Shown here piece after piece: positions 30,296 through 39,777 of a DNA stretch of 63,951 nt. Within the stretch, counting starts at the first letter, position 1. Every line of letters begins with the position of its first letter. A model generated the notes under the pieces. That model was not told the origin of the DNA, did not search any database, and worked only from the letters and a program-made list of their open reading frames with translations. This DNA is from Euryarchaeota archaeon UBA257. Its GTDB lineage: Archaea; Thermoplasmatota; Poseidoniia; Poseidoniales; Thalassarchaeaceae. A program made the translations under genes and the position numbers. Where the stretch lies: positions 1 through 63,951 of the forward strand of contig DAJO01000009.1 in NCBI GenBank assembly GCA_002498985.1, given 5' to 3'.

Positions 30296-30383
30296 CCTAT
30301 ACCCCACCTAGTCAATACGACAAATATCGAGCCTGAACTTCGACTTATGACCGTTGTGAACGAATGAACGGTTGTGCATCATA

Positions 30384-30626
30384 CTATTCTGACAGTTTGA
30401 TTACCTTACCAACACTGTCTATCTCTTCAACTGGAACCGATAAAAGTCCATTTATCGTGGGCCAGGGAAGAAGTTGAGGATTTATGTCTGGTTCAATCAT
30501 GACTAGAATATTAGTTATATGGCCACTTTCAATATCGATAGTAAAATCTGTAACGATTCCTAATCTATCATCCGCACTATCATGAACTTCACGATTAATT
30601 ATTTCTCGACCGAATGTTAATGGCAT
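30384..30626 (-). CDS. PRC-barrel domain protein (80 aa)
   Basis: GREIINREVHDSADDRLGIVTDFTIDIESGHITNILV fits the PRC-barrel pattern. The start lies 9 nt after the cdc48 stop. Confidence 0.75.
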   Translation of the reverse strand: MPLTFGREIINREVHDSADDRLGIVTDFTIDIESGHITNILVMIEPDINPQLLPWPTINGLLSVPVEEIDSVGKVIKLSE

Positions 30627-30635
30627 TTATTTCCC

Positions 30636-32867
30636 TCAAGCTGATTCAATTCCTGAATGGACCTCAGAATTACGTCTTACTGACTCAAGTCCACTAGTTA
30701 ATCTTCCTTCCATCCTATTGTAGTAATCCATCATTTCATCAGTAATTGTAGGACGGACTCTATTAATTGCTTCTTCAAAGTGCTTTTTAGATACACTTTT
30801 CTTCTCTGCTCGCATTGAAATCAAAGCGGCTTCTCTACAAATAGCTTCAATATCTGCACCAGTATAATTAATCAACTGTGGAGCCAAATCCTCAATTTTG
30901 AATTTACCAAGAGGCATTGGTTCAGAATGAATCTTAAGAATTGCTCTAATTGAATCAACATCTGGAGGAGGGATATGAAGTACTCTTTCGAACCTTCCAC
31001 TTCTTAGTAATGCAGGATCTATCATTTCTGGACGATTAGTTGCTGCAACAACTATTACACCTTCCATAGATTCTACACCATCCATTGAACTTAGTAATTG
31101 ATTAACTACTCTATTCATCACATCGGAACCTTCACCGGTATTACTTCTTCTAACTCCTGCAATACTTTCAAACTCGTCTAAGAAAATTATTGAAGGGCTT
31201 GACTGTTTCGCTTTTTTGAATAATTCTCTGACTGCTTTCTCAGAATCACCAACCCATTTGGAAATCAATTCAGGGCCTTTTATTGTAATAAAATTGGCCT
31301 TTGCTTCATTGGCAATCGCCTTTGCAATTAGTGTCTTACCTGTCCCAGGCGCTCCGAAAAGAACTATTCCTCTTGGAGGATTAATGCCAAAATGTTCAAA
31401 CATTTCTGGCTTAGTTAGAGGCCATTCGATACTTTCCTTCAATCTCTCTTTAACTTCTTTTAATCCACCAACTTGATCCCAACTAACTTCAGGAACTTCA
31501 AGGAAAATTTCTCTTAAGGCACTGGGCTCAATTTCCTTAATCGCTAATTTGAAATCTGACATTCTAACTTCCATCTTCTCAAGTACTTCAGCAGGTATCT
31601 GTTCTTCATCTAAGTCGATTTCTGGCAAATATCTCCGAAGAGCTTTCATCGCAGCCTCTCTAACGAGAGCAGAAATATCTGCTCCAACGAAACCATGGGT
31701 ATTATCTAATAACCAATCAATCTCAAAGTCATCACTGATTGGCATCCCACGAGTATGGATACCAATTATTTCGGCACGTCCATTCTTATCTGGTACGCCT
31801 ATCTCTAATTCACGATCAAATCTTCCTCCACGACGAAGGGCGGGGTCGATTGCATCGGGACGATTGGTTGCACCAATTACGATGACATTGTCTCTGCCTT
31901 GCATTCCGTCTAGCAAAGTCAATAATTGTGCCACAACTCTTCTCTCAACTTCTCCGCTAACATCTTCTCTTTTAGGGGCAATAGAGTCTAACTCATCGAT
32001 AAAAATTATCGCTGGAGAGTTAGCGGCTGCTTCATCAAATATTTCACGTAATTGTTTCTCGCTCTCGCCATAATATTTCGATATTATCTCAGGACCATTT
32101 ATTGACGTAAAGTTAGCTTTAGTTTCAGACGCAACGGCCTTTGCAATGAGCGTTTTTCCAGTACCTGGTGGGCCATGTAGGAGAACTCCCCGAGGTGGAT
32201 CAATTCCTAATCTGCGGAAAAGAATCGGATGCTTCAATGGAAGTTCTATCATTTCTCTAACTTTTTGTAGTTGCTCTCCTATACCTCCTATATCCTCATA
32301 TGAAATAGTTGAAATTGGTTGTCCAGATTCATCTTCCTCATCAACCGGTTCTTCTTTAATGATTATTTCAGTATCTGGAATAACCTGAACAATGCCCTTT
32401 GGAGTAGTTTGAACTATTTGGAAAGGTAAAGCCTCTGCAAAAAGTGTCATCCCTGGAATAAAAATTCTATCTCCGGAAACAACTGGTCTTTTATTCAGTC
32501 CTCTACGAGCAAAACCCTCAATTCCTGGGCCAAAACGTACTTTCTGTTGTTTTGCCATTACGGGGCTCAGAATTAATTTTTGGCAAGGCTGTGTCTCTAC
32601 TTTACGGATCGAAACTTTATCTCCTAGGGAAACACCTGCATTTTTTCTAATAATCCCATCCACTCTAATAATGCCAAGGTTTGCATCTTCTGGACGACAG
32701 CGCCAAACAATCGCAGCAGTTTTTTGTTCGCCCGTTATCTCAACAATATCTCCTGGTTTCAAATTCAAATCATTATCGAAAGGTACTCTGGCACGACCAT
32801 GTCCTACATCGCTCGGTATTGCCTTTGCTACTCTAAGTTGTAAGTCATCTACTTCCTCGTTTGACAT
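30636..32867 (-). CDS. cdc48: CDC48/VCP-type AAA+ ATPase
   Basis: Cdc48 N-domain followed by two AAA modules, each with [16 protein letters not shown] Walker A and DE Walker B motifs; 743 aa. Confidence 0.97.
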   Translation of the reverse strand: MSNEEVDDLQLRVAKAIPSDVGHGRARVPFDNDLNLKPGDIVEITGEQKTAAIVWRCRPEDANLGIIRVDGIIRKNAGVSLGDKVSIRKVETQPCQKLILSPVMAKQQKVRFGPGIEGFARRGLNKRPVVSGDRIFIPGMTLFAEALPFQIVQTTPKGIVQVIPDTEIIIKEEPVDEEDESGQPISTISYEDIGGIGEQLQKVREMIELPLKHPILFRRLGIDPPRGVLLHGPPGTGKTLIAKAVASETKANFTSINGPEIISKYYGESEKQLREIFDEAAANSPAIIFIDELDSIAPKREDVSGEVERRVVAQLLTLLDGMQGRDNVIVIGATNRPDAIDPALRRGGRFDRELEIGVPDKNGRAEIIGIHTRGMPISDDFEIDWLLDNTHGFVGADISALVREAAMKALRRYLPEIDLDEEQIPAEVLEKMEVRMSDFKLAIKEIEPSALREIFLEVPEVSWDQVGGLKEVKERLKESIEWPLTKPEMFEHFGINPPRGIVLFGAPGTGKTLIAKAIANEAKANFITIKGPELISKWVGDSEKAVRELFKKAKQSSPSIIFLDEFESIAGVRRSNTGEGSDVMNRVVNQLLSSMDGVESMEGVIVVAATNRPEMIDPALLRSGRFERVLHIPPPDVDSIRAILKIHSEPMPLGKFKIEDLAPQLINYTGADIEAICREAALISMRAEKKSVSKKHFEEAINRVRPTITDEMMDYYNRMEGRLTSGLESVRRNSEVHSGIESA

Positions 32868-33007
32868 TCCACATCCCTCTGAACAATCCTCTGTAGTAAA
32901 AGGGGGTAGTTAAACCTGTGAACTTGAAGATGTCAAATGAATAATGGATTAAATCATCATAATCTTCCTTGAGAAGGTTTCTTGATAGAGTTATATTTCG
33001 CAGGCAC

Positions 33008-34636
33008 ATGACCAATGTACTTGAAACAGGATTTGAATTCATGGAAGCCAATAATCCCAACGGTAGCCCGAAGATTAAGGGATACAATATAATTAATGGA
33101 CAATTGAAATTATCTAGTGGCGGAGAAACTTTTGAAAGTCTCAATCCGGCATTACTTTCAGATAGTCTGGGAGAATTCCCTCTTTCAACTAAAGAAGATG
33201 TACATGAGGCTCTAGCTGCCGCTAGAAATGCATTTCCTTCATGGGCTGCTACACCAGCACCAACGAGAGGGCAGATTATTGGAAATATGGGTAGATTGCT
33301 GATGCAATACAAAGACGATATTGTAAGAGTTGAGACAAGAGAGATTGGTAAGACATTAAAAGAAAGTGGAGGAGAAGTTCAGGAAGCAATTGATACCTGT
33401 CTATTTTTCCAATCTGAAGGTCGTAGATTGTACGGGCAAACGGTTAATTCTGAATTACCTGACAAGGAACTCTTCACTTACAGGAGACCTTTGGGGGTTT
33501 GTGGGATAATCAATGCCTGTAATTTCCCTTCTGCAGTTCCTTTTTGGAAAATGATTCCTGCGATTATGTGCGGTAATACTTGCGTATGGAAAAGCCCTCA
33601 AGATTCTCCACTATTGTCATTCATGTTAACTAGAATTATGCATGAAGCGGGACTACCCAATGGAGTTATCAATCTGATTCATGGTAAAGGAAGTGGAGCA
33701 GGTCAACATCTTGTTGATGCTGTTGATGAAGGATTGGTCAACAAAATTAGTTTCACAGGATCTACTTCAGTAGGAAAAATGATTGGAGAAGTTTGTGGTA
33801 GAAACTTAGTATCTGCCAGTCTAGAATTAGGAGGTAAAAATCCGTTAGTAATAATGCCAAGTGCAAATATGGAGAACGCAGTAGAAGGAGCATATTGGGC
33901 AGGTTTCGGCACAGCAGGTCAACGATGTACCAGTCTTGGGAATCTAATAATTCATGAAGAAATTTATGATGATTTCATTGAAAAATTGATGGAAAAAGTT
34001 AGAACTACTACAATAGGAGATTCAATGGCTCATGAAAATGTATTGTATGGCCCTATGTTGTCTGAGAAGTACGCCAATGATTTCATTCGAGATTTACAAC
34101 TGTGTGAAAAAAGTGGCGCTAGAAAACTTTGGGGCAATGGAAGAATAACTTCGAATAATAAGCCTAAAAATTTCCTTGGTGACCCAGAGCAAGGAGTTTA
34201 CATGTGGCCACATGTTTATGCAGATGTTACTGAGGAAATGGAATGCTTCCATGAAGAAATATTTGGACCAGCAATTACAATCGTAAAGGCTAAAGATTTC
34301 GAACACGCATTACATCTTGCTAATGCATCACCATATGGATTATCAAGTGCAATTTATACGAATGATAGATTAGAAGCATATAGGTATAAGTCAGGAATTA
34401 AAGCAGGGATGACAGGAATCAATAATTCAACCACTGGTGCTGAAGCCCATCTTCCTTTTGGAGGAGTCAAAGGTAGTGGAAATGGTACCCGAGAATCAGG
34501 AATATGGGTAATAGAAGCATACTCGTATTGGCATGCAGTAAATGATGAATTATCGGGTAAATTACAACTTGCTCAGATGGACGTAGAAGAAATTGAACTA
34601 ATTGAAGAAGAAGTAGATTATTCTACATTAGCTTAA
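33008..34636 (+). CDS. NAD(P)-dependent aldehyde dehydrogenase
   Basis: ELGGKNP and GQRCTS catalytic motifs. The ORF track starts at TTG 32969; the first ATGs are at 33008 and 33041. Confidence 0.9.
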   Translation: MTNVLETGFEFMEANNPNGSPKIKGYNIINGQLKLSSGGETFESLNPALLSDSLGEFPLSTKEDVHEALAAARNAFPSWAATPAPTRGQIIGNMGRLLMQYKDDIVRVETREIGKTLKESGGEVQEAIDTCLFFQSEGRRLYGQTVNSELPDKELFTYRRPLGVCGIINACNFPSAVPFWKMIPAIMCGNTCVWKSPQDSPLLSFMLTRIMHEAGLPNGVINLIHGKGSGAGQHLVDAVDEGLVNKISFTGSTSVGKMIGEVCGRNLVSASLELGGKNPLVIMPSANMENAVEGAYWAGFGTAGQRCTSLGNLIIHEEIYDDFIEKLMEKVRTTTIGDSMAHENVLYGPMLSEKYANDFIRDLQLCEKSGARKLWGNGRITSNNKPKNFLGDPEQGVYMWPHVYADVTEEMECFHEEIFGPAITIVKAKDFEHALHLANASPYGLSSAIYTNDRLEAYRYKSGIKAGMTGINNSTTGAEAHLPFGGVKGSGNGTRESGIWVIEAYSYWHAVNDELSGKLQLAQMDVEEIELIEEEVDYSTLA

Positions 34637-34824
34637 ATCATCATTTCTCCGCACTCAGGACATGGAAGAGTAGGGAGCCAAACTCCAGGCATATGTCCGC
34701 AATTCGGACAAATTGATGAGGATATATCACTGAAACCATCCATTTTACTCAAACATACGATAAACCATAAGAACTTGAATATTCCGATAATAAAGAAGCG
34801 ATTGAGTAGGTGAAAAGCAATCAC
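34633..34824 (-). CDS. small CPxCG zinc-ribbon protein
   Basis: The C-terminus has CPNCG...CPECG, the classic archaeal zinc-ribbon pair. The N-terminal 27 aa are hydrophobic. A shorter 36-aa version starts at ATG 34743. Confidence 0.4.
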   Translation of the reverse strand: MIAFHLLNRFFIIGIFKFLWFIVCLSKMDGFSDISSSICPNCGHMPGVWLPTLPCPECGEMMI

Positions 34825-34870
34825 TTATTGGTCTCCTTTCATTCGCAAGCCTTACTGGTGTCTGCGCCAG

Positions 34871-35668
34871 TTGGTGAGTTCTTTGTCTGACGCTGTTAAA
34901 CTTCCTCTGAAAAAAGGATTTGGAAAAACAGATAGAATTGACAAGTGGTGGACAAAACCATTTTGGATGGGGTTCGGATTAACTCTAGCTCTTGTATACA
35001 CAGCATTGCGAGTTGTAGTCTGGGATGGAGCTATTCACTACGATGAACACAGAGTAACATCGCCAATCTTTTCACCTGACGTGATACACTTATTTGATCT
35101 TAAAACTCCCAATTGGATGAATTCCGCTTTGCTGATATTATGGATACCATTTGGATTTAGAGGAACCTGTTACTATATGAGGAAAGTGTACCATAGAGTA
35201 TTTTTCCAAAACCCTACAGCATGTGTGGTTGCAAAACCTGAAGTTAATTACCGAATAGGATACAAAGGCGAAACCGGACTATTTGTGCTAAATAATATCC
35301 ATAGGTACATGTTGTATCTAGCAATAATTATTCTATCAATGAAAGTTTATGATGTATACCACACAATGTGGTTCAATGATGGTACTGAATTCGGAATATC
35401 GATAGGGACATTAGTATTAGCTACTGAATCAATTCTTCTGTTCATGTATGTCGCTTCTTGTCATGCATTCAGGCATCTCTTTGGAGGAGGTATGAATCAG
35501 TGGAGAGGCGGTATATCGGGAATTATGGGTAAATTATATATCAAAATTAGTAATTTAAATATTGAACATGCGTTCTGGTTTTGGACTAGTTTAGTTATGG
35601 TATTTCTTGGAGACTTATTTGTTTTGGCAGTTGCAGAAGGAATTCTTACAGATATTCGAATAATGTGA
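34871..35668 (+). CDS. putative succinate dehydrogenase membrane anchor (single 5-TM subunit, atypical)
   Basis: A five-helix hydrophobic protein that ends 9 nt before sdhA on the same strand. It starts at TTG. It does not resemble canonical SdhC/SdhD by eye. Assignment is by position. Confidence 0.55.
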   Translation: MVSSLSDAVKLPLKKGFGKTDRIDKWWTKPFWMGFGLTLALVYTALRVVVWDGAIHYDEHRVTSPIFSPDVIHLFDLKTPNWMNSALLILWIPFGFRGTCYYMRKVYHRVFFQNPTACVVAKPEVNYRIGYKGETGLFVLNNIHRYMLYLAIIILSMKVYDVYHTMWFNDGTEFGISIGTLVLATESILLFMYVASCHAFRHLFGGGMNQWRGGISGIMGKLYIKISNLNIEHAFWFWTSLVMVFLGDLFVLAVAEGILTDIRIM

Positions 35669-35677
35669 GGTGAAATA

Positions 35678-37504
35678 ATGAGTGAAAAATACATTGTTCA
35701 TGAACACGATGTCGTGATAATTGGAGCAGGAGGTGCTGGTCTAAGAGCAGCAATAGAAGCTAGTAATTCAGGAGTCAGTGTTGCCATGATATGCAAATCA
35801 ATGCTAGGAAAGGCGCATACTGTAATGGCTGAAGGAGGTGCTGCAGCGGCACTAGGGAACAAAGATCCTCGCGACAATTGGCAAACACACTTTCGAGATA
35901 CAATGAAAGGTGGAAAATACCTAAATGACTGGAGAATGGCAAAAATTCACGCTCAACAAGCACCAGACAGAATTAGAGAGTTAGAAACTTGGGGGGCAGT
36001 ATTCGATAGAACTCCTAAAGGCCTAACAAATCAACGGAACTTTGGAGGACACACTTACCCCCGATTAGCGCATATTGGAGATGCCACTGGTTTAGAATTA
36101 ATCCGGACCCTTCAAGAGAAAGGAGTTCATATGGGTATGGATATATTCATGGAATTCACAGTACGTAAATTGTTCAAGACAGATGGAAAAATATCGGGAT
36201 GCTTTGCCTACGACAGGAATGATGGGTCATTACATGTTTTCAAAGCAAAAACAATTGTGATGGCAACAGGAGGAGCCACAAGGTGTTGGGCTGTTTGCTC
36301 CGGTTCATGGGAATACACCGGAGAAGGGTACGCATTGGCCTATTGGGCCGGTGCAGAGATGGGAGATATGGAATTTATCCAGTTCCACCCTACAGGAATG
36401 ATTTGGCCCCCCTCTGTAAAAGGAATTTTAGTTACAGAGGGAGTGCGAGGAGAAGGAGGTATGCTGACCAATTCTGAAGGTAAGAGATTCATGTTCGACT
36501 ATGTACCTGAGATGTATAAAGATGAATTTGCTGATACAGAAGAAGAGGCATTGGAATGGGTTTCAGAGATTGTGGAAGGAAAACTTGCAACTGTTCGTAG
36601 ACCTCCCGAACTGTTGACTAGAGATGTTGTTGCTAAAGCAATTAATTCCGAAAGAGATGCAGGTAGAGCTAGTGCACATGGAGGAGCATATCTGGATATT
36701 TCCTGGAGAGAACCGGACCAAGTAAGGAAAAAGCTCCCCGGAATGTATCACCAATTCAAAGAATTAGCAGCGGTTGATATCACCACTGAAAAAATGGAAG
36801 TTGGCCCTACTGCACACTATGTCATGGGAGGAATAAAAGTTCATCCGGAAACACAGGAGACTACAGTTGCTAGAATGTTTGCTGCTGGAGAAGCCGCTAC
36901 AGGATTGCATGGGGCTAATAGACTGGGGGGGAATTCACTTTCAGACCTTATTGTCTTTGGAAAGATTGCTGGAGAGAACGCTGCATTGTTGGCTAAAGAT
37001 GTCGAAGAGTTCCTACCTATAGACTCTAACGAGATTGAAAATGCAATTGAAGAAACATTGTCTCCATTGAGTAGGACTAATGGGGAGAATCCGGCGAAAG
37101 TCGTAGAAGATTTAAGAGAAATGATGCAACATAAAGTGGGAATAATAAGAACTGAAAAATTATTAAAAGAAGCATTAAAAGATTTAGATGATTTAGAAGA
37201 ACGTGCTCAAAAAACGTCTGCAGGTACTAGCCGTATTTACAACCCAGGATGGCACCAGGCGCTTGAAATAGATGCTATGATAGATGTTAGTAGAATGTGT
37301 ACACTAGCAGCACTGCATAGAGAAGAATCTAGAGGAGGGCATACGAGAGATGATTTTCCTACACCTGATTATAGATATTGGGGCAAAATAAATAGTGTAA
37401 TAACAAAGAAAGATGGGATGAAAATTGAGCACAGAAGATATCCTCCTATAGATGAGGAGTTGAAAAAATTACTAGATATTGAAGATTTACATGAGGAGGA
37501 ATGA
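35678..37504 (+). CDS. sdhA: succinate dehydrogenase / fumarate reductase flavoprotein subunit
   Basis: VIIGAGGAGLRAA FAD motif, HPTG, and RGGH plus the rest of the SdhA architecture. A GAGGTGA Shine-Dalgarno-like motif precedes the ATG. Confidence 0.95.
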   Translation: MSEKYIVHEHDVVIIGAGGAGLRAAIEASNSGVSVAMICKSMLGKAHTVMAEGGAAAALGNKDPRDNWQTHFRDTMKGGKYLNDWRMAKIHAQQAPDRIRELETWGAVFDRTPKGLTNQRNFGGHTYPRLAHIGDATGLELIRTLQEKGVHMGMDIFMEFTVRKLFKTDGKISGCFAYDRNDGSLHVFKAKTIVMATGGATRCWAVCSGSWEYTGEGYALAYWAGAEMGDMEFIQFHPTGMIWPPSVKGILVTEGVRGEGGMLTNSEGKRFMFDYVPEMYKDEFADTEEEALEWVSEIVEGKLATVRRPPELLTRDVVAKAINSERDAGRASAHGGAYLDISWREPDQVRKKLPGMYHQFKELAAVDITTEKMEVGPTAHYVMGGIKVHPETQETTVARMFAAGEAATGLHGANRLGGNSLSDLIVFGKIAGENAALLAKDVEEFLPIDSNEIENAIEETLSPLSRTNGENPAKVVEDLREMMQHKVGIIRTEKLLKEALKDLDDLEERAQKTSAGTSRIYNPGWHQALEIDAMIDVSRMCTLAALHREESRGGHTRDDFPTPDYRYWGKINSVITKKDGMKIEHRRYPPIDEELKKLLDIEDLHEEE

Positions 37505-37505
37505 A

Positions 37506-38267
37506 ATGAGCGAAGATGTAACATTCAAAATTTTCAGAGGAGAACCCGATGAAGATGGAGATCCATTCGGAGAAATGGTAGATTATACAGTTGAAATGGA
37601 TGAAGGAATGGTAGTTCTTGATGTAATTCATAGAATTCAAGCAGAACACGCTCCAGATCTTTCTTGCAGGTGGAATTGTAAAGCAGGAAAGTGTGGCTCA
37701 TGTTCTGCTGAAGTTAACGGTAAACCACGTCTAATGTGCATGACAAGAATGGAAGAAGTGATGAAGGAAACACCCGATGGAGAGCCAGTCCTTGTAAAAC
37801 CAATGCAAGCATTCCCGTTGACTAAGGACTTAGTTACCGATACATCGTGGGCATATGAAATGAATAAAAAAATGGTTCCTGTGAATGGACCTGATGAATT
37901 AGATTGGAAATTTAATCAAAAAGAGGCTAATAGAATACAAGAGTTCAGAGGTTGTATTGAATGTATGTTGTGTGTAAACACATGTCATGTACTTCGAGAA
38001 CATGAAAAATTCGATGAGTTTGCTGGACCAAGGTTCTTTGTACGTCTGGCTGGATTAGAAATGCACCCGCTTGATATTGAAAATAGAATTCCTGAAATCA
38101 AAGATGATTTTGGTATAGGTTATTGTAATATCACTCGGTGTTGCACTGAAGTATGTCCAGCCGGAATTAATATTACAGATAACGCAATAATCCCTCTGAA
38201 AGAAAGAGTAGTGACAGAATACTATGATCCAATCGCAATTATTGGAAAAAAATTAGGGTTGAGATGA
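37506..38267 (+). CDS. sdhB: succinate dehydrogenase iron-sulfur subunit
   Basis: Three Cys clusters (CRWNCKAGKCGSC, CIECMLCVNTC, CNITRCCTEVCP). ATG 37506 is preceded by GAGGAGG and lies just after the sdhA stop. Confidence 0.9.
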   Translation: MSEDVTFKIFRGEPDEDGDPFGEMVDYTVEMDEGMVVLDVIHRIQAEHAPDLSCRWNCKAGKCGSCSAEVNGKPRLMCMTRMEEVMKETPDGEPVLVKPMQAFPLTKDLVTDTSWAYEMNKKMVPVNGPDELDWKFNQKEANRIQEFRGCIECMLCVNTCHVLREHEKFDEFAGPRFFVRLAGLEMHPLDIENRIPEIKDDFGIGYCNITRCCTEVCPAGINITDNAIIPLKERVVTEYYDPIAIIGKKLGLR

Positions 38268-38273
38268 TTTTAA

Positions 38274-38304
38274 CCCTCTCCGAGTAGACCCGGAGAGGGG
38301 TTTT
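38274..38304. terminator. perfect 9-bp GC-rich hairpin followed by a T-tract between convergent sdhB and MC1 genes
   Basis: CCCTCTCCG (38274-38282) pairs with CGGAGAGGG (38291-38299) around an 8-nt loop, followed by G and TTTT (38301-38304). Confidence 0.55.
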
Positions 38305-38324
38305 GTAATTCTGGAAAAAAATAC

Positions 38325-38591
38325 TCATAATCGAGTAATTCCAATTTTCTTTACATTGGCCTTATTGATTTTAGGTGGTAACCAATCTGGTCCATTAGCC
38401 GGCTTGTCAACAACCTCTATCCAACCTTCGAAATTGTGAACGCGGTTTGTTCCACGCTCACGCAGTTGGATAGGATTGGGCACCTCACGAGAAGCTGCTT
38501 TCAGGGCTGCTCCTCGAGGCTGCTTGCTTACAAACACTTGACTAGTGTCCTTACCATTCGCCATCAATACGAAATATTTTTTGTCTGACAT
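38325..38591 (-). CDS. archaeal chromatin protein MC1
   Basis: KQPRGAALKAASR...LRERGTNRVHNFEGW...VKK closely parallels the Methanosarcina MC1 sequence as I recall it. ATG 38591 is preceded by GGAGG. Confidence 0.85.
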   Translation of the reverse strand: MSDKKYFVLMANGKDTSQVFVSKQPRGAALKAASREVPNPIQLRERGTNRVHNFEGWIEVVDKPANGPDWLPPKINKANVKKIGITRL

Positions 38592-38708
38592 AAAGTAATC
38601 CTCCATCAGTTCGCCTGTCAAAATAGGATATGAAGGTATTGTATGAAAAACGCGATACTGCACCACAATTAGAGTTAATCAATAAAATCCAACTAGCAAA
38701 AAAATAAT

Positions 38709-38942
38709 TTACATTTCGGCGCAAGCAAGAGTTTTGGTGTTCAAAACTCCAGGGATTGCACGTATTGACTCTACTACTAGCCTAGCTATATCCCCCATGT
38801 TATCTGCCTCTAATTTAACTATCAAATCATGGTCTCCAAAAAGAAGATTTGCATCAGTAACAAAAGATAATGAGGAGGCTGCATTAAACACGTTTACTTC
38901 TGAACCGGGTTCAACATTTACTAGTACATAACCTATTGACAT
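38709..38942 (-). CDS. stand-alone Lrp/AsnC ligand-binding (RAM) domain protein
   Basis: 78 aa from ATG 38942. YVLVNVEPG...DHDLIVKLEADNMGDIARLV...IPGVLNTKTL matches the stand-alone RAM-domain pattern. Confidence 0.75.
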   Translation of the reverse strand: MSIGYVLVNVEPGSEVNVFNAASSLSFVTDANLLFGDHDLIVKLEADNMGDIARLVVESIRAIPGVLNTKTLACAEM

Positions 38943-39040
38943 GTACAAGCCGGAGACGTCTTTACGAATCAATTGTTCGCTCTGATATTCAGAATGAAGA
39001 GAAGAAGCATACATATTGGATGCCCTAGTCTCGAGATAAT

Positions 39041-39682
39041 ATGGCAGAGGTCATCATAGTCCGGGAATGTAAGTATGGACAGGTGAGAGTATGCTTCGGT
39101 AATGTCGCTAGAGAAGAAGGAGACGTAATGGTCTTACCAGCAAATAATAGGCTGGCAGGAAGAGAAGGGTTGGATGAAGTTATGCAACTCGCCGCAGGTC
39201 CTGAATTGAGAGCTGCCTGTACAGAAATAGCAAAAGAAAAACGTAAAACAAATTCTCAACCTTGTGGCGTAGGAGAAGCAGTCACTACTTCTGCGTATAA
39301 CTTACCGGCAGAACATCTTGTACATGTTGTAGGGCCAGACTGTAGAAGACCTACACAGGATCAATATCGAAGGGAGTTGTTAAAAAAATCTTATGAGTCA
39401 CTATTTGCAGAAGTTGAGAATCTAGAACCTCGTGAAACCTTAGTTCTACCCCCCTTGGGAATGGATGTATTCTCTTACCCACATAGAGAAGGCGCTAGAA
39501 TGACTATGGAAATAGTCTTGGCTTGGATGGATGAGGGAGAGGATCCTGGTGTCGATATGGTATTGATTGTAACAAATGAACAGAGTTTTCTGAAAAATAT
39601 GAAAACCGTATATCGTGAAAGTGAAGATCAATTCCCTGGAGTAGATAGAACCAGAGAATACAGGAAAGGAAAATTCCAATAA
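39041..39682 (+). CDS. Macro-domain protein (ADP-ribose binding/hydrolase family)
   Basis: GDVMVLPANNRL..G.GLD......AG and VHVVGP motifs of MacroD-type domains, plus a ~60-aa C-terminal extension. Confidence 0.75.
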   Translation: MAEVIIVRECKYGQVRVCFGNVAREEGDVMVLPANNRLAGREGLDEVMQLAAGPELRAACTEIAKEKRKTNSQPCGVGEAVTTSAYNLPAEHLVHVVGPDCRRPTQDQYRRELLKKSYESLFAEVENLEPRETLVLPPLGMDVFSYPHREGARMTMEIVLAWMDEGEDPGVDMVLIVTNEQSFLKNMKTVYRESEDQFPGVDRTREYRKGKFQ

Positions 39683-39777
39683 TTTGGTAATTGTCACTCA
39701 ATACAAAACATCAATAATTGATTAAAATAGCATGAATCATGCGATGTCCTCAATAACCTTGAGATTACGATAGTAGC

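Noticed and set aside
30350-30372. ACCGTT...AACGGT 6-bp inverted repeat with a GTTCA-TTC-GTTCA loop, between the PRC-barrel and DUF4350-like genes
   Set aside because: The stem is too short and AT-flanked to call a terminator or attenuator.
31549-32073. 174-aa plus-strand ORF, plus neighbours at 31216..31476, 32146..32388 and 32671..32913, inside cdc48
   Set aside because: All are antisense to the highly conserved Cdc48 coding frame and have Ser/Pro/Ile-rich translations. These are shadow ORFs.
32845-33312. 155-aa minus-strand ORF overlapping the cdc48 start region and the ALDH 5' end
   Set aside because: It overlaps the well-supported ALDH gene and the divergent promoter region. No motifs; judged a shadow ORF.
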